A DNA stretch of 64,000 bases from Promethearchaeati archaeon SRVP18_Atabeyarchaeia-1 (GTDB taxonomy: Archaea > Asgardarchaeota > Atabeyarchaeia > Atabeyarchaeales > Atabeyarchaeaceae). Below the pieces are notes generated by a model. It did not search any database. It saw only the letters and a program-made list of their open reading frames with translations, and was not told the DNA's origin. Each line of letters opens with the position of its first letter. The stretch's first letter is position 1. A program made the position numbers and the translations under genes. The DNA lies in the NCBI GenBank assembly GCA_037308085.1, contig CP147779.1:1600001-1664000 (forward strand), given 5' to 3'. Of this stretch, positions 20,080 through 31,557 are shown piece after piece.

Positions 20080-21753
20080 TTGATGAACAGGAACTTAGCA
20101 ATCATCCTAGTTGTTGGCGTGATCGTCTTTTCCGCAGGCTTAACTCCACTGATTCTTGTGAATGCTCAAAGCCCTAGTCAGACATTCTCGACAACTTCGT
20201 CTGATGGCACCCGAATAGTGTATGACGTAACTATGAGACCAGGTACGCCGATGAATGCGCCCGTTGCGGTACTGATCCACGGCTTCTCCGGAAACAGGAT
20301 AATGATGAGGATGATGGCCTTCGCTCTCGCTGACAAGGGCTTCATCTGTGCATCGATCGACCTTAGGGGTCATGGATCAAGTGAGGGTGTTATGGATGGA
20401 ACCGGCAGTTTCGTCGATGATGTGTACGCTGTAATCGGAGCTCTTCACGCAAGCGGGATAGGAAACACGTCAAGACTACTTCTGGTTGGGCACAGCATGG
20501 GCGGAGGGGTTGTGCTCACCCTCGGTACGCAGCTCACATCAGTCGCCGCCATCATCGGCGTTGCACCCGCATCATCACCAGCCTGGGTTAACACTACAAC
20601 TCCGAAGAATCTACTGCTAATAATCTCAACCGGCGATTCAGTGATCAACGCCACCACCGTGAAGCAGACATTCAACAAATCCGTAGGCTTGCCATCTTGG
20701 AACCCCAACACGATCTACCATGTAAATGGAACCGATAGAGAGCTCTTCGTCGTGGCTGGTCCAGACCACCTGGGCATACTCTATAATGCGGCGGTAATAA
20801 GCCAGATCGTATATTGGGCAACTACTTACGTGATGGGAGCAGGACAGCCTCTAGGGACAAGCCCAGACGTGATCTACTTGGCTGTGTACGTATCCATCGC
20901 TGGCGGCGTAATCATGATCATCTCGGCATTGGCCTTGGTGCATGAGAAACTATGGCAACAGAAGAAGAAACCAGAAACGAAAGGCAAGACAGATGTCAAG
21001 AACCTGCTCATATTGGGAGTCCTGGCAGTGCTCCTCGCAGGAGTCTTGGGTTCAGTCGTTGCTGTCGTGATGACATTTGTCTTGGTCTTGGTAACGCCTC
21101 TCTTTGTGACCAACTTCCTAATGGGGATTTTCCTTGGAAATTCGATAACGCTAGGAATTTTTGCAATGATGAAGTTGAGGCATAGTAGCAAGGAGTTCTC
21201 GTACCGTAGATTCCTCAGAGAATCAATCATTCGACCATCAGTCAAGGTGGACCTTGCGTCTGGAATTGTGGGAGCAATAGCTTTCATGGCGCTGCTTGCA
21301 GTGACTTTCGGCGGCAATACGACACTGACGTTTTCAACTGCATCAATTAGGCTGATCTCTCTACCTCTCTGCATACTGATCTTCGGCCTGGTCTTCATGT
21401 TCTACGAGTCGTTTTTCAAGGCTGTTGCAAGACCGTTGATGGCCGATGGAGCCAAGCGCATGGTTCTCTCAGTGATCTTTGAGCTCATAGTACTCCTAGT
21501 GGCCTTCGTGATTGAACTGGTGATCATAACAACGCTCTTGTCATTAGCTATGCCATCATTGGGCGTAGGCTCACTCATACTTGGGCTGGGGCTTCAGATG
21601 GTTCTACTCGTCCTTGTTCCTCTGTCGATAGGCGTACTATCAGCCGAGCTCTTCTACGGGAAGACAGGTGGATGGCTCACACAGATCATAATAGGTGCGC
21701 TCCTCTTTGCCACGCTGACCGTGGTATTCTCGCCTGTCCTGTACCTCTTCTGA
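20080..21753 (+). CDS. Alpha/beta hydrolase with signal/TM and polytopic membrane C-terminus
   Basis: HGFSG, DLRGHG, GHSMGG, PDHLGILY; about eight C-terminal TM. Confidence 0.9.
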   Translation: MMNRNLAIILVVGVIVFSAGLTPLILVNAQSPSQTFSTTSSDGTRIVYDVTMRPGTPMNAPVAVLIHGFSGNRIMMRMMAFALADKGFICASIDLRGHGSSEGVMDGTGSFVDDVYAVIGALHASGIGNTSRLLLVGHSMGGGVVLTLGTQLTSVAAIIGVAPASSPAWVNTTTPKNLLLIISTGDSVINATTVKQTFNKSVGLPSWNPNTIYHVNGTDRELFVVAGPDHLGILYNAAVISQIVYWATTYVMGAGQPLGTSPDVIYLAVYVSIAGGVIMIISALALVHEKLWQQKKKPETKGKTDVKNLLILGVLAVLLAGVLGSVVAVVMTFVLVLVTPLFVTNFLMGIFLGNSITLGIFAMMKLRHSSKEFSYRRFLRESIIRPSVKVDLASGIVGAIAFMALLAVTFGGNTTLTFSTASIRLISLPLCILIFGLVFMFYESFFKAVARPLMADGAKRMVLSVIFELIVLLVAFVIELVIITTLLSLAMPSLGVGSLILGLGLQMVLLVLVPLSIGVLSAELFYGKTGGWLTQIIIGALLFATLTVVFSPVLYLF

Positions 21754-21923
21754 GAAACCACAAAGTCAACGACGGAATCTTACCCACTCCCCATTTTTTG
21801 GGAATGCACTTAATGTCGATCTTAGCGTGGCAAGGCCATTCTCATCACGAGGCTTTCTTGCCCGAGTTTGTAAGGCGTGTGCGCCTTGAAAGCGCAGACT
21901 GTTCTTATCATACTTGCGCATCG

Positions 21924-22072
21924 TCAAATCTGGTCGATATCATCGATGAATTGCACGGCCAGCCTCAACATGTCTCAAAGGTAGCCAACTTTTCTGGCGT
22001 GTCTTCACGATTGTGCCAAACAACCTAGAACCCATCCTCTGCCAGACCGATAACTGAGGTCGTCTTAGGCCC
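21924..22072 (-). pseudogene. Displaced, decayed duplicate of the 3' end of the M28 peptidase gene (23272-24507)
   Basis: Translates as TSVIGLAEDGF*VVWHNREDTPEKL../DMLRLAVQFIDDIDQ versus intact TSVIGLARDGFPVVWHNREDTPKKL..DMLKLAVQFIEDVDQ; one stop and one deletion. Confidence 0.9.
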
Positions 22073-22121
22073 CTATTATTCTGTTCTTGAGAATGGGTGG
22101 TATTTAGGGTTCCGTGGGCAA

Positions 22122-23255
22122 ATGCCTAGCGAATATCGAGGCAGATCAGATTTGGTCCATGAGTTGAATATTGATAACTTGTCGTCTCAAGAGTGGAGTT
22201 ATCTTCACGGGTTGTTTCTGACAGATGGGTGCTCGAATATTTCGAGGATCAGAGGCTCGCCTATTGGTTATCGAGTGGTATTCTATTTCGGTGGAAAGAG
22301 CGATGATGAAAAGGCTTCAGCCCAAAAAGTTGCAGGACTATTGAAGCGTATTGGACTGAACCCAAGGATCAAGGCAGTTCCAGGAAAAAGGATGATAATA
22401 GTGCAAGTATTCTCGAAAACCCTCATGAGATTTCTGCCAGACAAGAACAAGCTGACGATAGATGCCAAGGAGAGACAGAGATTCTTTGAGGACAATGGAC
22501 TCTGTGATACCGGTGGCAAGAGAGGAATTGCGTTCTTGGCAGGTCTCTTGGATGGCGATGGATACTGTGCGGTGGATGTGGCGACTTGCCGCTTTGGGTT
22601 GTTGCAGCAATAGAAGTAGGGTTTTACTCAGGGCAAGTATCCGTTTCTCGTTGACTATATGAGGAGGCTCATTGGGTTCCTTTCTCAAGATAGTGTGAAT
22701 GTTAGGATGCGCAATGACGGCTGTTCTGAGGTACGTATTTGTAAGCCTGGGATTGTGGCATTACTCAATGCTGGGATCGCGAAATACTCTTGGAGAGTGG
22801 GCGTCTGGCTGAAGAGAATAGCCGCGGCTCGGAGCGAAAGAGCGAAGTACTATACTGTCGGGCAGGCTGCACGTGAATTGGGCGTCATGTGTAAGACTGT
22901 GCGAAAGTGGCTTAGAATGGGCAAAATGAGGTGGATCAGAAGAGAGGGAACCAGAGTAAGAAAGAGAACCAGAACGGTGATGGGTCGATCCTTATCATGG
23001 TACTATATTCCTATTGACGAGGTAGTCAAGCTTAAGGCTTCCTTGGAAGCCGAGAGGCAAAGTGTGCGAATGCTAAAGAATGAAGGGGTGGAGTTTTCGA
23101 GACTAGCTAAAATGTTGGGTGTCCCATATTCTACGCTGTATTGCTGGTATCAGGGCGGAGTGTTTCAAGCAATGCTGGTTAAGGAGAGGAATCTGCGAAT
23201 CTTGATAGTGCCGAAGAGAGAAGTCGAAAACATCAAGAGAAAAGCGGAGAAATGA
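22122..23255 (+). pseudogene. Double-motif LAGLIDADG endonuclease-like protein with two C-terminal MerR/excisionase-type HTH repeats, interrupted by in-frame TAG codons at 22611 and 22617
   Basis: YLHGLFLTDGC and FLAGLLDGDG; ORFs 22122 and 22659 are in the same frame and linked by TAG AAG TAG GFTQGKYPFLVDY; YTVGQAARELGV..TVRKW. Confidence 0.85.
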
Positions 23256-23271
23256 AAGGACCAAGTCTCTC

Positions 23272-24507
23272 CTACTCTCTTTTCCTTTCATCTGCCCCTC
23301 TTTGATCCACGTCTTCAATGAATTGCACTGCCAACTTCAACATGTCATACAAGTTCTCGCTGCTCAGCTTCTTGGGAGTATCTTCACGGTTGTGCCAGAC
23401 TACTGGAAATCCATCTCTCGCCAGTCCTATCACTGAGGTTGCTCTGATTCCCTTTTTTGAGTAGAATGCTGAGTCCGTTCCTCCCATTGAGAACGGACGT
23501 ATCTCAACAGGGTACTTGATACCACACTTGGAGGCTGAATGTTGAAGCATCTTGCAGAGTTCCATTGAGTGCTTCGTCGTATACATCTTCTCCTCGTTCA
23601 CAATCACGAACCTACCAACTCCAGCGGTGTCAAAGTTTATTACATAGGTGTTCCATTTTTCGAGTTCCCTTAGATGCCTGTCTACGAATCTTTTTGAGCC
23701 ACGCATACATTCTTCACACCCATGCGAGATCAATAGAACGCTCGTATTGCGTGGTCTGTTGCCTGAAAGATACTCGGCGACTCCGAGGGTGACCGCAACG
23801 CCTGAGAGGTTGTCATTTGCCCCCAATGTTTGTGTGCCAGACTTCAACCCGAGTCTCAATGCTACAGTCAATATCACACCTATAATGGGCACTAGAATGA
23901 GGAGATCAAAGAGTCTGAATCCCAGAAGGGTCCAGTTCATGTAGAACAGGTTGAAGTACTCGCCCGAGATCTTCGCGACATACACGGCGAAGATCAGACC
24001 GATAACTACTATTATGATGGTTATGAACCTGGATGACTTCGCCCTCCACTTTATTGGAATTGGGAATTCGACTGGGCTATCGTGGTGTGCCCCAATTATG
24101 ACAGTCGCCTTTGCCTTTCCCTTCGCTTTGATTTTCCCATAGATATTGGCGGAGGTTCTCTTCCTGAATAAGGGGTCGGCGAATTCTCGCAGGTGATTCA
24201 TCTCCAGGACGTAGCAGAGTAACCCCAGGACCGTGAGCAAAACTGAAACCCAGGTGAACCACAAGTAGAATCCTGCGGCCAAAAGCTGCAGTACAGGAAT
24301 GATATTGAGGATCCCTAGGAACCCTCCAGGCCTACACGTGAAAGGCTCAACTTTCACCTCGTCGCAGAACCTCTCATACTCCACCTTTATCACCTGGCCG
24401 GCTTTCGACTCGTTTTCGCTGGTGCCAGGTCTTGACCCTATGTCCTTGCAGACGCGCTCTATGAAGCCAAACATATAATCAACATAGGACTTCTTATCCA
24501 GCTTCAT
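23272..24507 (-). CDS. M28 family peptidase with internal TM insertions
   Basis: GAHHDS, GANDNLSG, GCEE, NFDT, GTD, WH. Confidence 0.9.
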   Translation of the reverse strand: MKLDKKSYVDYMFGFIERVCKDIGSRPGTSENESKAGQVIKVEYERFCDEVKVEPFTCRPGGFLGILNIIPVLQLLAAGFYLWFTWVSVLLTVLGLLCYVLEMNHLREFADPLFRKRTSANIYGKIKAKGKAKATVIIGAHHDSPVEFPIPIKWRAKSSRFITIIIVVIGLIFAVYVAKISGEYFNLFYMNWTLLGFRLFDLLILVPIIGVILTVALRLGLKSGTQTLGANDNLSGVAVTLGVAEYLSGNRPRNTSVLLISHGCEECMRGSKRFVDRHLRELEKWNTYVINFDTAGVGRFVIVNEEKMYTTKHSMELCKMLQHSASKCGIKYPVEIRPFSMGGTDSAFYSKKGIRATSVIGLARDGFPVVWHNREDTPKKLSSENLYDMLKLAVQFIEDVDQRGADERKRE

Positions 24508-24750
24508 CGTAATCCCTCACTACCCATGTTCGCGCTGACCAGCTACATAATTGTTTAGTTTCATGGTTCTGTTAACTCTTCGAGTGATGAGTCAACTGGG
24601 TGGGTAGCTCGCTTTGTCTACGATGGGAGGGGGTTGCGAAGAGAGAAGAAAGCGGGACGAGGTAACTCAAGTTCAGCAATAAGCATTTATTAGCCGCGTG
24701 GGCTGTTACGTGGTGAATATACTGTTGACGCGCGCCCGAGGGCGCCGTTT

Positions 24751-27321
24751 GTGCGAATCAAGGTGGTCATCGAAGAGATGGTGAAGGTATTGAAGGATGA
24801 GATCCCAGAAGTTGGGAGCGTTTCGTTTGAGAGTCAGGCATCGAAGCCGGTCCCGTATGAATGGGGGTTCGGGTCCACCCCGCGTACGGCCCGCCTCAGA
24901 GCCGCCCTCAAGTGGAAGGCGGCCGTCGTAAAGGACTTTGAAAACATATTCATGGGGCTGGCGAAGTGTGGGTTCAGAAACGGGGAAGACATCAAGGTTG
25001 ATATAGACCGCGCGAGGCTCATAACTGAGTCGTACAAGCAGACCGATGGGCAACCGTGGGTCAGCCGCGTCGCCAAGGCTTTCGTTCATCTCTGCGAAAA
25101 CATGCCTATCTACATCAAGGATGGCGAGCTGATTGTCGGTGATCCCAACAGCGCGCCGGACGAACTGCGGTGGCACCCAGAGATATGCTCGCACTTCATG
25201 TCCGGCGCCGTCACCGACGGAAGCTTCTCAAGTATGGTCACCGACGCTGAGAGGGAGGAGATTGTCTCCAGCATCTGCGCGTTCTGGGACGAAAGGAGCA
25301 TCGCCGCAAGGATAAGGGCGGTCCTGCCCCGAATCTCGTGCCAAGACATATTCGAGGGGCTCGCCACCCCCATAGAGGCGAAGCTGTGGGAGATGGGAAT
25401 AGTAAACCCGTCTTACGATTACTCTGCCCTCTTCAAGGAGGGGCTAAACGCGCGGATCGAGAAAGCCGAGCGCAGGTTAAGGGAGCTCGAGAGTGGCACC
25501 CTCGGGATTCCGCCTTCCCAGTATGTGGAGAAGAGAAACAACTGGGAGGCGATGATCATGTGTGGCAAGGCTCTAATTCGTTTTAGCCAGCGCTACGCCG
25601 AGCTCGCGAGGAAGCAGGCGCAGCTGGAGCGGGACGCCATGCGCCGGCAGGAGCTGGAGGAGATAGCCGACGTGCTGGAGCGCGTTCCGGCCAACCCCGC
25701 AAGGACATTTCGCGAAGCCCTCCAGTTTTACTGGATCGTAGAGGTCGCCGCCAAGTTCCTCGCCGTGTACGGACACGGCGGCGGTCACAGGTTTGACCAG
25801 ATATTCTTCCCCTATTATGAGGCGGACATGAAGAAGGGCAAGCTCGCCCGCAAGCAGGCTTTGGAGCTCATTGAATGTCTCTTCCTGAAGATACAGGAGG
25901 TCGGCATCGCCCTCGAGTACCCCGTGACATTCACCGGCAAAGCGGGCGGCGAAATATTCTACACGATAAACATTTGCGGAAGCAAGAATAACGGCGAAGA
26001 CGCATCCAACGATCTGAGCTGCTTGGTTCTGGAGGCGATGTGCAACCTCCGCATCAACCAGCCACCGATAGCGGTTCTCTACCACAAGAACATCTCACCA
26101 GCCATCGTGGAAAGGGCAATAGACCTTCTTCACCTTGGCACAGGGCATCCTTCTTGGTTTAACGAAGATCTCCTTCAGGAATTGATAATGCTACGTGGTT
26201 ACTCTCCGAAGGATGCGAAGCGTGTTACGGTGGGGGGCTGCGTCACGCCTCACATCACAGGGAAATACCTGATTACAACTGGGACACCGGGCATCGGAGG
26301 AATGATCCTTCCAAAAGTGCTCGAAGAAACCTTGTATGACGGCGGTTCTACGGGAAACGAGGGCAGACCTGACAAACCGAAGACGAAGGATCCTAGGATT
26401 ATGACGTCCGCCGACGAATTGCTGGAAGCGTTCCTCGAGCGCGCCCTCTTCTACTGCAAGGAGATGACCTTCGCGTGGAACCTCGCCCAAGAAGTGCTAA
26501 TGGCAACCAGTCCAGATCCCTGCAATTCCCTACTCCTCGATGAACCCCTAGACAGGGGAATTGACCTGAAGAAGTTGCACAAGGAATACGATACGTATCC
26601 TGCTGTTTTCGCCTTGGGATTGATGACTGTTGCGGACTCGCTTGCCGCTATCCAGAGGCTCGTTTTCGACGAAAAGAAGTACACGATGGACGAGCTCATA
26701 ATAGCGTTGAAGAATGATTGGAAGGGGTACGAGGCGATGCGTCAGGAGTTCCTCAACGCCCCGAAGTACGGCAACGACGACGACTACGCCGACTCGTGGG
26801 CTGTGAAGCTAGCCACACACTTTGAAAACACGATCAGCCAGTTGAAGGACGCGTGGGGGTACAAGCTACTGAGCGACGGCGGAACCGCCGCGGGCTACCA
26901 GACCGTTGGACTGACATGTGGCGCCACGCCGGACGGGCGACATGCGATGACACACCTGACGGACGGGAGCCGTTCCCCGATGGCGGGAGCAGACAAGAAG
27001 GGTCCAACGGCTGTGCTGAATTCAGCGGGTAAGATACCATTCACCCACATGGAGCTCTTCAACCAGCGCTTCATGCCCACCTTTCTAGAAGGCAAGAACA
27101 GAGAGCTCTTCGCGGCGTACCTGAGAGTGTGGTGCGAGAAGCGCACAATACCGCACATACAGTTCAACGTCGTGGACAGTGCCCTTTTGAGGGATGCGCA
27201 GAACCACCCTGAAATGTATACCGACTTGCAGGTTAGGGTTGCGGGGTACAGCGCGTTCTGGATCGACCTACCAAGAGGAACACAGGACAGCATAATCGCC
27301 AGAACAGCGCACAGCTTCTAG
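24751..27321 (+). CDS. Glycyl radical enzyme (PFL superfamily), substrate unknown
   Basis: VRVAGYSAFW glycyl loop, GGCVTP Cys loop, APKYGNDD, ATPDGR. Confidence 0.92.
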   Translation: MRIKVVIEEMVKVLKDEIPEVGSVSFESQASKPVPYEWGFGSTPRTARLRAALKWKAAVVKDFENIFMGLAKCGFRNGEDIKVDIDRARLITESYKQTDGQPWVSRVAKAFVHLCENMPIYIKDGELIVGDPNSAPDELRWHPEICSHFMSGAVTDGSFSSMVTDAEREEIVSSICAFWDERSIAARIRAVLPRISCQDIFEGLATPIEAKLWEMGIVNPSYDYSALFKEGLNARIEKAERRLRELESGTLGIPPSQYVEKRNNWEAMIMCGKALIRFSQRYAELARKQAQLERDAMRRQELEEIADVLERVPANPARTFREALQFYWIVEVAAKFLAVYGHGGGHRFDQIFFPYYEADMKKGKLARKQALELIECLFLKIQEVGIALEYPVTFTGKAGGEIFYTINICGSKNNGEDASNDLSCLVLEAMCNLRINQPPIAVLYHKNISPAIVERAIDLLHLGTGHPSWFNEDLLQELIMLRGYSPKDAKRVTVGGCVTPHITGKYLITTGTPGIGGMILPKVLEETLYDGGSTGNEGRPDKPKTKDPRIMTSADELLEAFLERALFYCKEMTFAWNLAQEVLMATSPDPCNSLLLDEPLDRGIDLKKLHKEYDTYPAVFALGLMTVADSLAAIQRLVFDEKKYTMDELIIALKNDWKGYEAMRQEFLNAPKYGNDDDYADSWAVKLATHFENTISQLKDAWGYKLLSDGGTAAGYQTVGLTCGATPDGRHAMTHLTDGSRSPMAGADKKGPTAVLNSAGKIPFTHMELFNQRFMPTFLEGKNRELFAAYLRVWCEKRTIPHIQFNVVDSALLRDAQNHPEMYTDLQVRVAGYSAFWIDLPRGTQDSIIARTAHSF

Positions 27322-27656
27322 CTGAGTCATCGACGCAGTTGCCAGTCGCTACTGGTGTGCCTTGGTATTGTCCAGGGTGCCCGCTTGCTGTGCAATTCAC
27401 ACGGAGGCTTAGTCATAATAAGACGGATCGAAACACTGTGCAAGGAAATGCTGCACCCCAAAATGTTTCTTGTGATCAGTACTCGTGTTGCATCCCGCGA
27501 TGGTTAACGCTCTTCCACGTCTCACGCCAAGTTGACAGAGCCCTGAAACATAAGGCTGAAATACTAGATTTGATCTACCACAAGAAGCTCACAATTTCTC
27601 AATTACTTGTTGGCGCTGCGGTTTAAGGGATATAGAGTATTGGAGGAGATTTCTCC

Positions 27657-28151
27657 TTGTCGCATGAAGAGGACGAAGTTGGGAAGCGGTCTGCACAGAT
27701 GGTAGGGCTGCTAAAATCAATGAGAGGAAAAGCAGGGCGGCTTTTTCCTGGGTCTCCATTCTCACAGTGGCTGAATGGTACGGTTGTGGATGCTAAGCGC
27801 GGGGAGATCGAACTGGAGTTTATCGTTCGCCCTGAAATGGCTAACCCGACAGGGCTTCTGCACGGCGGCATGCAGTGCGCTCTAATGGATGACACCATCG
27901 GAATAGCCGGCGCAACTTTGGGGTACGAAGGCTTTCTGATGAGTGTGGATTTTCACGTAGACTACTTGGGGACGGTCAAGGTTGGGGAGAAGGTCCGTGT
28001 CAAGGGGCAGATTGTGCGCGAAGGCAGGAAAATCGTTCACGCGATGGCGGAAATACACGACATGGTGGGAAAACTCGTTGCAGCCGGCAGCTCCAACCTT
28101 ACAAGAACGAGTTTCAGACCAGACTATGCAAGGCAATTAGAAAAAGAGTAG
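27657..28151 (+). CDS. PaaI family hotdog thioesterase
   Basis: NPTGLLHGGMQCALMDD. Confidence 0.9.
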   Translation: MSHEEDEVGKRSAQMVGLLKSMRGKAGRLFPGSPFSQWLNGTVVDAKRGEIELEFIVRPEMANPTGLLHGGMQCALMDDTIGIAGATLGYEGFLMSVDFHVDYLGTVKVGEKVRVKGQIVREGRKIVHAMAEIHDMVGKLVAAGSSNLTRTSFRPDYARQLEKE

Positions 28152-28289
28152 ACGCACAGTGGCTTGACGTATATTGTATGCAGGCTCGAGATTCGGGCAG
28201 TCCATTATTGTTTAGGCCAGGCGCCGATTCTACTTCTTCCTCTGAATCCCGTCTTAAGACGTATTCCTTCGCGGGCGATACAGACCATT

Positions 28290-28455
28290 CATCTACCAGC
28301 TCCGATCAAGTTACAGGAAGCAACCGAAATGCCGTTTCCCTTTGAGTCCTCGATGACGATTGCTTCTGCAAGAAACGTGTCATGGACGCCCCGCGAGAAT
28401 CCTTTCCTCTCGATATAGCCTCCAAGATGAAAACCGACAGGCGGGTTATATCGCC
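28290..28455 (-). pseudogene. Fragment resembling the N-terminus of neutral/alkaline ceramidase-like proteins
   Basis: DIT/PVGFHLGGYIERKGFSRGVHDTFLAEAIVIED with a frameshift and a stop. Confidence 0.4.
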
Positions 28456-28500
28456 GCCACTGTCACCAGCTCTGAGGCAACTTCTGCAGGTTGTTATGCC

Positions 28501-29328
28501 CTAAGTCTTGGAGGATCTTGCAAAAGCTAGTCTGAACTCTGACGCCACTTCCCGCGAGATGTCAAGATTGTTGTATCTCTTGTTTGCCCAGTCACGGAGT
28601 TGCTCGATTATTTCATGATGCGCTTCGTCAGGAACATTCCACGTGCCAGAATAGACTTTGTCGGCAAGGCCTTGAATTATCGAGTTGATGGTCACGTGTC
28701 CCACCCAGCTGTGGGTCTCGGGATCGGAGACAGTCCATCCGCTCCCCCTCAAGTACTTGATGGCTTCCTCTATGTCGGAGACCCCTAGTCTCCTGTAGTG
28801 GAACCCGTGCTTACCTCTTATCTCCTTATATTTCTCGTTAACCTCTGCTGAGACTCCTGTCCTGATGGACTCCCCAATAGCCATCGGCGCACCATCGCGT
28901 AGGACGCGCCCAGCCTCGCTCGCCACTAGATGCCAGTTTTGGATAAGATGCAACACTTGGAAGCAGAGCGCAGCATTGAAGCATTTGTCTCTGAAAGGCA
29001 GGTTCTGGGCGTCTGCCACAACGGGCTGCAGTCTGCAAAGCCATTCTCGCCTAAGCTTAGAGAGCATAAGCCGAAGCATCTCCTTGCTTACATCCACCCC
29101 GACTACCCTGAATCCTCGGACAGCCAGAGGAACGGAGAACCGCCCTGTGCCGGCGCCAATGTCAACGACCGACATGCCTTCCCCGCTACCTGCCTCAGAG
29201 AAGACCTCGCGAGATACCTCTATGCACACTTCATCTGACATTCTTCTAGTTGAGTCGTAAACCGGCGCTATACGCTCAAAAGACAGAGTGCCTTGATGCT
29301 GAATGCCGGAATTAGCCAACTCCGCCAT
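28501..29328 (-). CDS. Class I SAM-dependent methyltransferase
   Basis: VDIGAGTG, GVDVSKEML, ADAQNLPF. Confidence 0.9.
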   Translation of the reverse strand: MAELANSGIQHQGTLSFERIAPVYDSTRRMSDEVCIEVSREVFSEAGSGEGMSVVDIGAGTGRFSVPLAVRGFRVVGVDVSKEMLRLMLSKLRREWLCRLQPVVADAQNLPFRDKCFNAALCFQVLHLIQNWHLVASEAGRVLRDGAPMAIGESIRTGVSAEVNEKYKEIRGKHGFHYRRLGVSDIEEAIKYLRGSGWTVSDPETHSWVGHVTINSIIQGLADKVYSGTWNVPDEAHHEIIEQLRDWANKRYNNLDISREVASEFRLAFARSSKT

Positions 29329-29604
29329 CCTCTCCTTTTCCGATCCTACCCCTCTTTCATGTTCGCCGAGACTCCATTTCTCGACACCTTGAAATTGGCC
29401 GTACGTTCGATATATGCATTCCCCTCTCGCCGCAAATTGATTCTCGACGTGCGGTCAAGAAAGGAGTACTTCATAGTCGTGCACCGACTGCATCCGCAGG
29501 AGACTAAATAACGGGCAGACATCCGCATCTCGAATCCATGTGCCCGACGAGCCAACATGTGATGCCAGGGAGAACCTTAGAATTAGTACGCTTAGGGGTC
29601 CTTT

Positions 29605-30519
29605 TCATAGGGTGAGTTCCTCAACTTTCTTCATGGCCTTGTTTATCTCTTCTAGGGTCAAGTTGTTCTCAAGGATCTTGAGCCTCTTATCTTCGATGGT
29701 GAAGGCGCACTTCTTTACTTGGTTTACCTCTGCAGTCTGGAGAGCTTCTTCAGCACCCAGCCCTTCAGCTGATACAGTCTTCTCGATAGAAGGCGCCTCT
29801 TTGCTGATCTGGAAGACCTTCACCTGGCCCCGTTGACTAATCTCTACACTCACTTTTCCTCCAAGAGTCTCTACAAAAGCCAGAGTGTAGACAGCGGCCA
29901 CCTTGTCGTACTCCCGTTCCTTGTACCTCTCACGCATCGTCTCCCTTTCCGCAATTATTTCGGGTGCCCTTCCAAATTTCTCCTCAAGCGCTTTTGAAAC
30001 TTCCTGAAACTGAGGCGGGGCTCCCGTGAAACCTCCAAGTTCGCGCATGGCAGTTGGAACCTTTATGCTGGCTCTCGCAAGCGTATCCTCTTCTAGGAGT
30101 TCAATCTTCTTTCTGAAGAGCGCTTTCACTTCAGCGAAGGTGTCTTTAGCCTGCTTGTCTTTTGCGAGGTCGGCTTGGTTTATTTCCACTATCTGGAGTT
30201 TCTTGGTTCCCAGCTTGCCGATCGGATACGAGATGTTTGGAAGCTTATAGCCTTGCGATGAGACATCTGCCGCCTTTCTGCGTGCGATGGCCTTAGTGAT
30301 CCCGTCGACGCCTTCTCCAATCCAAATGTAGAGACGCTCGTTCTGCTCGTCGATTATCAGGGCAGCGCTGTCCTCATTCAGGCTGGCAGGAGACCACCTT
30401 ACCGGGACGACTTCCTTTTCGGGGTTGACTTTCAACATCAATAGATAGTAGTCTTCCTTGGGTCTGAGAGACAAACCTCTATCTCCGCCGCTCAAGCGAA
30501 TTTCCTCCCTCACAACCAT
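29605..30519 (-). CDS. Gelsolin-like domain protein with unknown C-terminal region
   Basis: ASLNEDSAALIIDEQNERLYIWIGEG...AIARRKAADV...IVEINQ fits the gelsolin repeat pattern. Confidence 0.7.
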   Translation of the reverse strand: MVVREEIRLSGGDRGLSLRPKEDYYLLMLKVNPEKEVVPVRWSPASLNEDSAALIIDEQNERLYIWIGEGVDGITKAIARRKAADVSSQGYKLPNISYPIGKLGTKKLQIVEINQADLAKDKQAKDTFAEVKALFRKKIELLEEDTLARASIKVPTAMRELGGFTGAPPQFQEVSKALEEKFGRAPEIIAERETMRERYKEREYDKVAAVYTLAFVETLGGKVSVEISQRGQVKVFQISKEAPSIEKTVSAEGLGAEEALQTAEVNQVKKCAFTIEDKRLKILENNLTLEEINKAMKKVEELTL

Positions 30520-30602
30520 GAATTCACAAGTATCTCGGAGTATCCGTAGGGTAGTACTACCCTATGTTACTCCCATTAATAATACCTTTCTCCACGAGAT
30601 CT

Positions 30603-31115
30603 TCAAATCATAATCTTCTCGTAACAATAGAACGGGAGTTCTCTCCTGGGGAAATGTAACTGACCAACTCGCCTGTACCCGCGCTTTTCGTAGAGCCCCA
30701 AAGCCCTCGGATTGCCGCTGTAAGCATCCAATCTTATGGAAGCATACCCCTTGTCGGTCGCCAGTTTCTCTGCTTGGTCAAGAAGTTTTCCCGCGATTCC
30801 TTTCCTGTGCCATTTCGGATTCACGGCCAGTCTATGAATCGCCATGATTCTTCCTTCTTGAATTGACCAGCCTATGCCCTTGTATTCCGGAGGCTGAACC
30901 TCATTTATAGTGACGATACCTAGAATCTCGTCCTTTTCTCTAATTTCATAAAGAGATCCGCTCTTTATATCGCTTTGAAATATCTCGCGTGTGGGATAGT
31001 ACTCGTTCCACTGATGGATTCCGTGGGATTCCATATCTCTTATGCAGCCGTCGATTAGACTCATGATTCTGCCAATGTCACTTTCCTCAGCTAGCACTAT
31101 CTTCACTGCAAACAA
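30603..31115 (-). CDS. GNAT family acetyltransferase
   Basis: HRLAVNPKWHRKGIA, NPRALGLYEKRGY. Confidence 0.9.
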   Translation of the reverse strand: MFAVKIVLAEESDIGRIMSLIDGCIRDMESHGIHQWNEYYPTREIFQSDIKSGSLYEIREKDEILGIVTINEVQPPEYKGIGWSIQEGRIMAIHRLAVNPKWHRKGIAGKLLDQAEKLATDKGYASIRLDAYSGNPRALGLYEKRGYRRVGQLHFPRRELPFYCYEKIMI

Positions 31116-31557
31116 ACCCCTGTAGACTGCGAGCTCTCAGGTGTGGATAATCCCAACTCCGCGTCCCAAGACAACGATTCATTCCCAAACATATTTAGAA
31201 AGTAGCTAACGTCCCGAGTGTTACTCGAGTCAGACTTCAAGCGATGTACCGAGACTATGTTGGCAGTACCCTCTCTTATAATGCATCTCATTCAGCTGTT
31301 ACAGGCATGATTTGTCCAGTCTCTCAACGCTGTGATATCCTCTGAGTTTGGTCGACTCAGGCGGCGCCTGTATGGAAATACTTTCAATAATCGGAGAGCT
31401 ATGATCACTGTTTATAACTGAACAATTGAGTCGTTGTTTCATCAAATACTATTTAATTTGAGCGATCCATGTTATGGGACAGTGGATTGCCGGATCAAGG
31501 TTGATAGGTTTCGCCTTGTCTGGAGAGGAATAAGTGAATTAGAAGAGGTCTTTCTGC

